Shown here: positions 11,619 to 20,699 of the stretch, piece after piece
Position numbering within the stretch: the first letter of the stretch is position 1
Layout: each line of letters begins with the position of its first letter
Origin: Schmidtea polychroa
Taxonomy: Eukaryota
Reading direction: 5' to 3'
Length of the DNA stretch: 63,775 bases
Assembly (NCBI GenBank): GCA_044892525.1
Contig: CM097888.1
Coordinates: 19,158,226 to 19,222,000, forward strand
Program-made: the position numbers and the translations under genes
Notes under the pieces: generated by a model
Seen by the model: only the letters and a program-made list of their open reading frames with translations
The model's database searches: none
Told to the model about the DNA's origin: nothing

Positions 11619-14600
11619 TAAGTTCGGAGATGGATCAAAAAGCGAAGGAACAATTATTCGAGAGTATTTTACCGTATATTCATAAAACGACGAACTATCA
11701 GGCGAAATTGAAAGAAATAGTACGAAAAATGGGCCGTGAGCACCGAGAGTCAGATGAGATACCCAGATCATTGGTAATAGCCTTAAATATGAATGGGAAA
11801 GTGGAGTACTTACAAGAACACTGGAGCATGAAGGTGTCGAAAGTACGACGGAAAGCGGTGGAAATGTTGGGTAATGATGGAATTGTTATACTAACTTTCA
11901 AGGGAGTTGAGTTAGATGACGATGAATACTTAATCAATTGTGGGTGCAGTCCGAATTATATAAATAATATCGAAGCCAAGAAACAGGTGAGGGAGGTATC
12001 CGAGAGTATAATAACCCATTGGCCGAGAATTACAAAGGATACGAAGGATGATGACATGGAAATTAAAAAGGAATTGGCTGAAGAACCTAACGACTACGAG
12101 TTAGAAGAGCATGACCCAAAAGATGAAGGCATAAATGACGAGCAAGACGAAATTACGAGTGAGGAGGTGGACGAAAATGATTCAGTAAATCAGGAAACTA
12201 ACCATATAACCGACGAGCTACTAGTGAGTGAAAGAGTGAAAAGTGAGTCGAATTTTGTAGAAGCGGAAAGTAAATTGAATGGTCGAAAGCGGTGTAAAAT
12301 CGAATTAATGGGTGGAAACGAAGAGAACGATAGAATAGATTCCAATGTGGTTGAAAAAACGGATCTGAATAATATGTCTCAAACAGAATCAATTTTGAAA
12401 GGGTTAGTAACAGAATTATATGCACTGGAAGAAGGAAATAGTTGTGACGATGAACTCATACATCAGCTTGCAGCGGTATTAAAACGTCGGCTTCCAGTAG
12501 TACTAAAGGATAATACCATAGAGAGGGTATTTTGCGATGAAACAGTAGTCAAGAGATTAATCAGGAACGGTTTGAACAGAGACATGGTACTAACAGTCCT
12601 TGCTTATGTTGTTCTAGAAATTGGCGTATATGGATGCTTGGAATGCGATAAATCGGAAAAATGGATAGTAAAAGCCACCGAAGTGGCGAATACATATGTG
12701 ACGGGTTGGATTATGCGTAATGGAGGATGGGAAAACTTGGTGCAAAAGTCGGAGACTGCGACAACTGGAAGAAATTATGAGCCGAAAAGAGGGAAAATAA
12801 TGTTTCCATGGCTAACCATGTCTATTTTGGTGATTTTAGGAGTTATTAATACCACAACGTCCTTGGAAGCGTACGATTGCTCCCAGACAGAAATGGGAAA
12901 AGTATATTCGCTAGTAGATGTAGCAGAGTGTCCAGACGCATATCCGAGGAACTTAAAATGGGCAAATGAAGTGACATACCACGTATACCAAGAAGCGGGA
13001 TTTAGACGAGTGAAAGTGAGAGAATGCACAGCAAAAAGAACTACGTTTATATTCTACTGTGGCAAATGGAGCCATTCGTCATTAATCAAAATGCACTCAA
13101 TTCCAAGAGTAATAGAGGTGACACGGGAAAACTGTTTGGCAGCGTTCCAAACAGGAGAGCTGAAAATAAATTCAGAAATTAATTTGAAGGCTAAATTAAA
13201 CTATAAAATTCGTGAAACTATAGCAGTTAAGGGGATAATCAAGGCAAATGGCGATTGCGAGGGTGAAGCGTATAAAGTAGGACAAACAGTCATTGATAAA
13301 ACCGTCGTGATAGAAGAATATGAAACCGAACTAAGGTATTTTGATGGATCATTCGATGACGATACGGGAAAATTGCAAACCCATCCATTTTGTAACATGA
13401 GGGAGAAAAGCTGCAACACAGGTGAGTCAATTCTGGTATATGAAGTTGATACCAAAAAATGCAATTTAGCACATTTAAAATCAATGCCTTTTAAAGAGAT
13501 AACGGGAGAGCAGATCCAAGAGAGACCAGAAAGCACAGTGCTAAACTCAGTCATGAATATGACACTTAGAATCACACCGATACGCTTGAAGAAAACGCCA
13601 ACGGTTTTAATGGCAATGTCCCGAAACGATGGGATGAGATTCTTAAGGAAGAGCGTAAATACGAAGTGTGGACAAACTGTTTATGAGACCAATTATAAAG
13701 GAATTTATTTATCCAAGAAAGTTGTCGAAGAAGCTCAAACAAAATTGTACGCAGAGGAAATTAAACTAACGAACTATTTCAATAATAAGATTGACTATTT
13801 ATTTCATTTTAGCCAAGATACAATTGAAAGTGTGTACAGGGAAATCATACTAAATGATTGCAAGTTAAACAAAGAAATCCTGCGAAACAGAATGGCGATG
13901 GCTATCACGAACCAGAATCTAGTTGCTCCAATGTTGATTTCGGAGAATGGAGTATTCGCTCGAATGCTTGGTGAAGCCTTATATAGTTATAAATGCAAGG
14001 CAGTACCTATTAAATTGATGAAATACAATCAATGCACAAATGAACTGCCTGTGAATGTTAATGGGAAGCTACGATTCATGGAGCCGGTGACACGAATTTT
14101 ATTGGAGGAGGACGCGAAACCGAGAGTGTTGCAGTGCAACAGATTATTGGCTCCACTATACCGCCTGACGCCCGAATCATGGATTGCACTACCTGATCAT
14201 AGAGGGGTGAAAGTCCCAGAAAAATTGGAGTTGACAAAATTAGAATATCTAATTAACTTTACATCGCTAGACAGCATGACTCAAAGTGGAATGTATTCAA
14301 GTGATGATATTGAAGCAGCACGCAGAAACTTATTATTCTCCTCGAAAAAGGAAAGGGTAATAACGAAAATAGTAGACACTATTCTCCCGAGTGGAACTGG
14401 AAAAGTGAATTACGACTATTTATTAACAGTGGATCATTACAAAAAGGCGACGTATAATACGATGAAAAAGATTTGGGGAAAATTTATGTTTATCGGGCAA
14501 GCCTGCGCGGGATTAATCGGAATATATGTGATCGGAATCATGATTAAAGTAATAGTTTCGCAGGTGTTATCAACACACAGATTATACACTATTACAGGTC

Positions 14601-16699
14601 TGTCGTGGAAGTTGGTTATTGGATGTATACCATTGTTAGCTAGATTTTTTATAACACATCATCAATATCGAGAGTTGGAAACGTTGAAAGCACAATTAAC
14701 GAAAAAGAGAAAGGTAAGTTATATTGATGTAACCACTACTTCTAATGAGGACAAAAGTGACAACGAGAACATCGGGGAATCGGCACCGTCATACGAGGAG
14801 GAACGGAATCAAGCCGATACATGGAAAAGTTATCAACTAATAAAAGAATCATTTTCTAATGATGGCAACCAGGATACATTCACTAGATTATGCATACCAA
14901 AATCATTTATACAACCACTACCAGCATATCCGGTAGATAAATTGATAGAAATGAAGCCAGTTGAGAACATTGCACTACAGTGTGAGAGAATCGATCCAAC
15001 GAGCGCAGAAATTGAAAGAAGAAATAGGTTAGGCTTACCTGGTAATTACGTACTAATGGCGTTAGCGAAAATTGGTAAACAACCACGAATAGTAATTCAA
15101 ATAAACAAAAACAGAGTTGAAGCCGTGGTGGATTCTGGATCGAGTCATACAATTATATCAGAAGAAATACTGTCGATGGAAGAGAAAAAACGAATCCAAC
15201 CATCCGATAGTGTAATCAGATCGTTATCCAGAAATGTGTTGCCAGTAATCGGAGAAATCGAAGTTGAACTGATAATCGGTGATAGAAGAATTAGACATAA
15301 CGTGCAAATTATGGAGAAAAGTCCTGTATTGTGCTTGATTGGAATGGATGTATTAGAACAATTAGACGGAATCTCACTTGATTTCAAAACTGGAAACCTG
15401 ATAGTGGGGAAAATAGGTGAAGTCATTCGTAATTCAGGAGAGGTGTTTCTAAACCAATCATTAACTATCCCACCTCAAACAGAAGTGGTATATTATGCTA
15501 GCGCGACTAGTGTCGATAATGATGAATTCATATTCGAACCCAGTCAAACGTTAATTGAAAAATACGAGACCCCAATGTGCGATGAAATCGTGAAAGTGGA
15601 AAACCAATTGCTACCAGTGCGAATAGCGAATTATGGTGATAAATCAATACGATTAAAGCCACAGACAAGATTGGGAAAACTGTCTCACATGTCGGTAGAA
15701 ACAGAAAAGAAAATTCCCAGAAACGTAAAAATTTATAAGGAACCCGAAGTTGTGAGCAAGGACCTGACCGAAAAACAAAAACAGGAATTTACAAAATTGT
15801 TGAGGAGATATCGAGATATTTTTGCGAAACATGAATACGACTTGGGGCTAACAAATATAATAGAGCACGAAATCCCGTTGCTGGATGAAACTCCGGTTAA
15901 AATAAAACCGTACAGAATCCCTTACATCCATCAAACCGAGAGTGATCGACAAATCAGGGCGATGAAAGAGTTTGGGATAATCAGAGACAGCTCCTCACCA
16001 TTTTCTTCGTCTATTGTAATAGTCAAGAAAAAGGACGGAGATTTAAGGTTTTGTGTCGATTATAGAAAACTGAATCAAGTAACAAGAAAGGATACTTATC
16101 CAATTCCCGTACCTCAAGAAATGTTTGATCAGATGGGAGAAGCCCAGTATTTTACGGTCATCGATTTGAACAAAGGCTATAATCAATTTAAAGTAAAAAA
16201 AGAAGATAGAAGGAAAACGGCATTTTCCGATGGTAAAGGCTTATATGAGTTCAATGTCTTGCCGTTTGGCTTAACGGGAGCCCCAGCTACATTCCAAAGA
16301 GGTATGAATTTTGTGTTGAGAGGCATCAGACATGCGCTAGTTTATATTGATGATATAATTATTTTTTCGAATAGCTTTGACGAGCATCTTGATGATGTGG
16401 AAACAGTATTTAAGCGACTTAAAAGCGCAAAATTGAAAATAAAACCATCAAAATGTGAATGGGGAAAATCTGAAGTAATATATGTTGGTCATATTATATC
16501 AAGAAGAGGTCTGCAAACTAATCCGGACAATATTAAAAAGGTGGAAGCGTATCCAATTCCAAAGAACGCGGACGAGGTGAGGCCATTTCTGGGATTAGCA
16601 AGCTATTATAGAAAGTTTATAAAGAATTTCTCGCATATCGCTCAGCCATTAAATTCGCTGTTAAAGAAAAATAATAAGTTTACATGGAGCAAAACCTAA
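11537..16699 (+). CDS. Polyprotein: Ubl2, acidic linker, Bcl-2-like domain, signal helix, chuvirus-like glycoprotein, aspartic protease, RT
   Basis: WIMRNGGWENLV (BH2-like); AYDC...SL..V.EC...YCGKWSH; TM segment WGKFMFIGQACAGLIGIYVIG; VVDSGS protease motif (15131); RFCVDYRKLN, LPFGL, VYIDD (16343). Confidence 0.9.
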   Translation: MEEKLQDLRDSLYIGDEDEISNCLERMISSEMDQKAKEQLFESILPYIHKTTNYQAKLKEIVRKMGREHRESDEIPRSLVIALNMNGKVEYLQEHWSMKVSKVRRKAVEMLGNDGIVILTFKGVELDDDEYLINCGCSPNYINNIEAKKQVREVSESIITHWPRITKDTKDDDMEIKKELAEEPNDYELEEHDPKDEGINDEQDEITSEEVDENDSVNQETNHITDELLVSERVKSESNFVEAESKLNGRKRCKIELMGGNEENDRIDSNVVEKTDLNNMSQTESILKGLVTELYALEEGNSCDDELIHQLAAVLKRRLPVVLKDNTIERVFCDETVVKRLIRNGLNRDMVLTVLAYVVLEIGVYGCLECDKSEKWIVKATEVANTYVTGWIMRNGGWENLVQKSETATTGRNYEPKRGKIMFPWLTMSILVILGVINTTTSLEAYDCSQTEMGKVYSLVDVAECPDAYPRNLKWANEVTYHVYQEAGFRRVKVRECTAKRTTFIFYCGKWSHSSLIKMHSIPRVIEVTRENCLAAFQTGELKINSEINLKAKLNYKIRETIAVKGIIKANGDCEGEAYKVGQTVIDKTVVIEEYETELRYFDGSFDDDTGKLQTHPFCNMREKSCNTGESILVYEVDTKKCNLAHLKSMPFKEITGEQIQERPESTVLNSVMNMTLRITPIRLKKTPTVLMAMSRNDGMRFLRKSVNTKCGQTVYETNYKGIYLSKKVVEEAQTKLYAEEIKLTNYFNNKIDYLFHFSQDTIESVYREIILNDCKLNKEILRNRMAMAITNQNLVAPMLISENGVFARMLGEALYSYKCKAVPIKLMKYNQCTNELPVNVNGKLRFMEPVTRILLEEDAKPRVLQCNRLLAPLYRLTPESWIALPDHRGVKVPEKLELTKLEYLINFTSLDSMTQSGMYSSDDIEAARRNLLFSSKKERVITKIVDTILPSGTGKVNYDYLLTVDHYKKATYNTMKKIWGKFMFIGQACAGLIGIYVIGIMIKVIVSQVLSTHRLYTITGLSWKLVIGCIPLLARFFITHHQYRELETLKAQLTKKRKVSYIDVTTTSNEDKSDNENIGESAPSYEEERNQADTWKSYQLIKESFSNDGNQDTFTRLCIPKSFIQPLPAYPVDKLIEMKPVENIALQCERIDPTSAEIERRNRLGLPGNYVLMALAKIGKQPRIVIQINKNRVEAVVDSGSSHTIISEEILSMEEKKRIQPSDSVIRSLSRNVLPVIGEIEVELIIGDRRIRHNVQIMEKSPVLCLIGMDVLEQLDGISLDFKTGNLIVGKIGEVIRNSGEVFLNQSLTIPPQTEVVYYASATSVDNDEFIFEPSQTLIEKYETPMCDEIVKVENQLLPVRIANYGDKSIRLKPQTRLGKLSHMSVETEKKIPRNVKIYKEPEVVSKDLTEKQKQEFTKLLRRYRDIFAKHEYDLGLTNIIEHEIPLLDETPVKIKPYRIPYIHQTESDRQIRAMKEFGIIRDSSSPFSSSIVIVKKKDGDLRFCVDYRKLNQVTRKDTYPIPVPQEMFDQMGEAQYFTVIDLNKGYNQFKVKKEDRRKTAFSDGKGLYEFNVLPFGLTGAPATFQRGMNFVLRGIRHALVYIDDIIIFSNSFDEHLDDVETVFKRLKSAKLKIKPSKCEWGKSEVIYVGHIISRRGLQTNPDNIKKVEAYPIPKNADEVRPFLGLASYYRKFIKNFSHIAQPLNSLLKKNNKFTWSKT

Positions 16700-18148
16700 C
16701 AATCAGCTTTTGACACGTTAAAGCAGAAATTAGTAATGGCACCTATTTTGCGATGCCCAGATTTTACGAAATCTTTCCTATTAATGACCGATGCCAGTAA
16801 CGTGGCATTGGGAGCGGTGTTAGGTCAGCAAGTGGACGGTGAAAAGGATCACGTAATAGCGTATGCAAGCAGATCTTTAAGGCCACATGAAAAAAATTAT
16901 TCAACAATCGAAAAAGAGACATTAGCGCTAGTTTACGGCATTACTACGTTTAGACAATATTTGCTGGGACGAAAATTCGTTGTATATACTGATCACAACC
17001 CCCTTCAGTGGTTAATGAAGCATAGAGATTCAACTAGTAAATTAATCAGATGGTCAATTGCTCTCCAAGAGTATGATTTCGAAATAAAATATAGAGCAGG
17101 AAAAGCGAATGCAAATGCCGATGCAATGTCAAGAATTCCCAATGGGCTTAGTGGAGAGGATACTGGTACAGAAAAGGTGGAAGGCACAATATTTGCAGCA
17201 ATCAAAGCCGTTAATAATGTGACTGAATTACAAAACGAACAGAAAAAGGATAACCGACTTAAACATTTCTTTGAACAAGCAATCACGGTCAGAAAGGAGA
17301 AAGATTTAAAACAGGTAATGAGTGAAAATCATAAATACATAATTCACGAGGGAATATTAAAATGCGTGAAAAACGACGAGATATTGATTATGATCCCGGA
17401 AAAACAGAGAGATTCACTGTTGATGCAATATCATGATGGAGCCCTAGGAGGACACTTGTCCGCTAGAAAAACCTTATCAAGACTGAAAATGAAGTACTAT
17501 TGGCCAATGATGGAAAAAGACGTAAAAGATTGGTGCAAAAATTGTAAGATATGTATAACTCGAAGAAATACAGGCAATAAAATTAAAGTACCTTTAAAAC
17601 CAATGTCTGTTCCAACCGCACCAATGGAGATGACTGCAATGGACATTGTTGGGCCGTTACCTGAAACAATAAAAGGAAATAAATGCATCGTAGTATTTTG
17701 TGATTATTTGACAAGATGGCCGGAAGCTTACGCCATACCAAATCAAAAGGCTGATACAGTAGCAAAAATATTTGTAGAGAACATTATTTTCCGATATGGT
17801 ACCCCAAAAAAGTTATTAACTGATCAAGGTAAAAATTTCCAAAGCGAATTATTTAAATCAATCACCGAGTTATTCGGAATCTGGAAGTTGAATACTTCGC
17901 CCTACCATCCACAAACCGATGGTTTAGTCGAGAGATTTAATGGCACATTGATAAATATGATTTCGTCGTATGTAAATAGCAAACAGAGAGATTGTGACGA
18001 CTACATAAAGCCTTGTTTGTTTGCATATAGAAATGCTGTCAACCCAAGTACGGGAGAGACACCTTTTTATTTAATGTACTTAAGACGAAACAACATGCCG
18101 ATAGATCTAAACTTCCGTTACTCAATATATGGAAGTACCCGAGTATAA
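16700..18148 (+). CDS. pol: RNase H and integrase, continuing pol past a premature TAA at 16697-16699
   Basis: TDASNVALGAVL, EKETLAL, YTDHNPL; HHCC zinc finger; MDIVGPL...TDQG...PYHPQTDGLVERFN. Confidence 0.95.
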   Translation, partial: QSAFDTLKQKLVMAPILRCPDFTKSFLLMTDASNVALGAVLGQQVDGEKDHVIAYASRSLRPHEKNYSTIEKETLALVYGITTFRQYLLGRKFVVYTDHNPLQWLMKHRDSTSKLIRWSIALQEYDFEIKYRAGKANANADAMSRIPNGLSGEDTGTEKVEGTIFAAIKAVNNVTELQNEQKKDNRLKHFFEQAITVRKEKDLKQVMSENHKYIIHEGILKCVKNDEILIMIPEKQRDSLLMQYHDGALGGHLSARKTLSRLKMKYYWPMMEKDVKDWCKNCKICITRRNTGNKIKVPLKPMSVPTAPMEMTAMDIVGPLPETIKGNKCIVVFCDYLTRWPEAYAIPNQKADTVAKIFVENIIFRYGTPKKLLTDQGKNFQSELFKSITELFGIWKLNTSPYHPQTDGLVERFNGTLINMISSYVNSKQRDCDDYIKPCLFAYRNAVNPSTGETPFYLMYLRRNNMPIDLNFRYSIYGSTRV

Positions 18149-18278
18149 TGCGATAATGCAAGAGAGGGTACAGTCGGTTTGGACAAAAGCCGGATTAACA
18201 ATAAAACATAATCAAGAGAAGTAAAAAGAAGCCTACGATAAGAAAACACGACCTCATGGAATAAAAATTGGAGATTTA

Positions 18279-19698
18279 GTGTATCTTAACAGACCAGAAC
18301 CACTCAAAGGTATGTCTCCAAAGTTACAGAGACCATTTAAAGTGCCATATAAAGTGTGTGATACAACCGAAACAAATTTGAAGTTATTACCGTTTAGGAG
18401 TAAAAAGGCAAATCCTATAATAGTTCATGCCAATCGTTGTAAATTGGTCCCGGAAAATGACGAAGAAAGATATCCATTACGATCGAAACGAAATGAAGAG
18501 AAGGCGGATACAAAAATTCAACAAAAATTCACCAAAAATCCAGTTCCAATCAGTTATCTTAACAGAGTGCTATTCACAACAGTCGTGCTAATGATGATGA
18601 CAAGGGTAAAAGGGATGAGAATGGATTTACCATATGCGATAACAAAAATACCCTTATGGGACAAGATCGATATTTATTCCACTTTTACAAATATTGTTTG
18701 GACTTATCAGTGCGAAATAATGGAGCAAATAGAAATTAGCAACGTGTTAGACCCGTTCACACCTTTCATTATTTTGAATTATGACAGAAATACGTATGCG
18801 GCACGAGAATTAAAAGTTAACTTCAAGTATCCATGGATCATAAAGCAGAATGAATCAGATTCGCTTGAAAAGTTTAATAGTCAAATTCGAATTATAATAC
18901 AAACTAACGAATTATGGAATACCGTGGAAATTGAGCCGATAATGAATGGTATAGATGTGTATTGGGTAGCCTTAGAAAGAGTAAAGGTGCAGGTCATATT
19001 TCAAAATTTTGTGGATATTCTAAACATGCGAAAGGCTTACACTCGGTATTACAATCTCAAAATGAACTCAAATTATACAATAACGGCTAATTACTACGAA
19101 AATGCGATGTATGATAATGGCACAATAATGAAAAATAAATGGACATTGTTTCAAACAGAGAATCAAATAATTCCCCTTAAGAATGTATCGAATCGTGTGA
19201 TTCTTGGAGTTCAAAACGGGTCAATAACAATTTATCGAAAATCCCCAGATGACGAAAGAGTGATTATCAGTAATGGAAAAAAAATTATCGTTTTGTTGGA
19301 TGCCGGTAAAAGCTATTTTTCATTAATTAGTTCTAATTTAGAATATGATTACCTGATAAAAATCAAATATCAACAACGGATATTCGAGCCATATCGATGG
19401 CAAACCGTTCTGGTGGAAACGAGAAGGGTACCAGGCCTGAAATCTGATGTAACCACAGCACGTCCAATTACTACAAAACAATACCAAGTTAACAATCGTG
19501 TAATAAATAAGCGGACTCAAATTGAGACTGATCAAGCTCTAATTATATGTGAATATTTGATATACCTCATCATTGACAGCATTTCTCATATTATCTCTGG
19601 TGTTCATAATAATAACAATCATTCTGTGCAAAAATAGACAGCATATTATAACTGATTTACGACTCGAGCCTTTCAGTGTGATCGAAACCACTGTATAA
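18279..19698 (+). CDS. Integrase C-terminus (GPY/F-like) fused to a signal peptide, ectodomain and TM helix (putative second membrane protein)
   Basis: SPKLQRPFKVPYKV, then hydrophobic VLFTTVVLMMMTRVKG. A shifted frame at 19564-19698 reads TSSLTAFLILSLVFIIITIILCKNR...TTV*. Confidence 0.7.
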
Positions 19699-19909
19699 AA
19701 TTACATTATAAAAATTGCATGCGTGTAAATAAATCTTATAAAACTAGTATGATTATAGATTAATAATAACATAAATTAGTATTTTGGTTGATCGGACTTC
19801 GCTATGGTGTGCTTGGCCTTGCGCGATAAAGAGTGTTTAAGAAAACTTTAATTATATTTAACTTCAGGAAGCCCAAGAGGAAGAGTCAATCAAAGAGTGT
19901 CGAAACTCA

Positions 19910-20113
19910 ATGAAAGAAATGAGAAGAAAAATGAAAGCAATGGAGAGGAAAATTGACGACTTGGAACTAGAGGATATGATTTGCAAAAGAAAGCTGGAAA
20001 GGATGGAAATTCTCCTGTTCCAATACGAAGCGGAAGTCGTGTTGCTAAGAATGCAGATACAGGGAAATGAATGCCCGACCGATGAGGAAAGAGAGATGGA
20101 TGAGTTAGAATAA
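19910..20113 (+). CDS. Small charged coiled-coil ORF inside the element
   Basis: 67 aa, heptad-like (MKEMRRKMKAMERKIDDLELE...); purine-rich like the element's coding region; the frame is open upstream to 19868. Confidence 0.4.
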   Translation: MKEMRRKMKAMERKIDDLELEDMICKRKLERMEILLFQYEAEVVLLRMQIQGNECPTDEEREMDELE

Positions 20114-20699
20114 TTTAATGATTAATAAAATTTACAATTTAAAACCTCACTTTTCGTCCTCGAAGTAGTAAAAGAGAAAGGCTAAACGATAATAACATTT
20201 ACATTAATAAAACTAAATGTTAAAAGAGAATAAATGAATAGAACAAAATAGTCAATAAACAAAATTTATTGATAAGTTAGTCCTCTAGCAGGACAAAACT
20301 CTCGATGTGGGAGTCGTCCACTACACCCCGAGGAGGTCTTTTTTCGAACCTCTTGAACCTGTGGGACAAGTCCACACAGGCAAAGGTACGTTTTAGACCC
20401 GAGCGAGGTGGCGCGGGTACAGGAAGCCTAAGTAAATCCTACAATAATTTTAATTATATAGAAACGAAACTAACCACATGAGGGGATCAAATTTTACTAA
20501 TGAGTCCTAAATTAAAGAATAAAATTAAATTAAGCAAAAAAAAAAATTTAATTAATTCCAACATAAAACAAAAGTAAAGTAAAAAACAGCATAAGTGAAA
20601 AGGCTAAAGCTGTGAGGAAAATTTATATTTATAAATAACTGGCAAATAAAAAACCAACATAAAATCTGTCGCTGTACTCATCATCGACCGTCGATATCC

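Noticed and set aside
15420-15680. dUTPase between PR and RT
   Set aside because: Beta-rich linker common in Gypsy pol; catalytic dUTPase motifs are not evident
9933-17765. Antisense ORFs over the retroelement
   Set aside because: Shadow frames of a purine-rich coding strand
16697-18224. Alternative genetic code (TAA=Gln)
   Set aside because: The long ORFs use CAA/CAG for Gln and intact genes end in TAA; the stops fit point mutations
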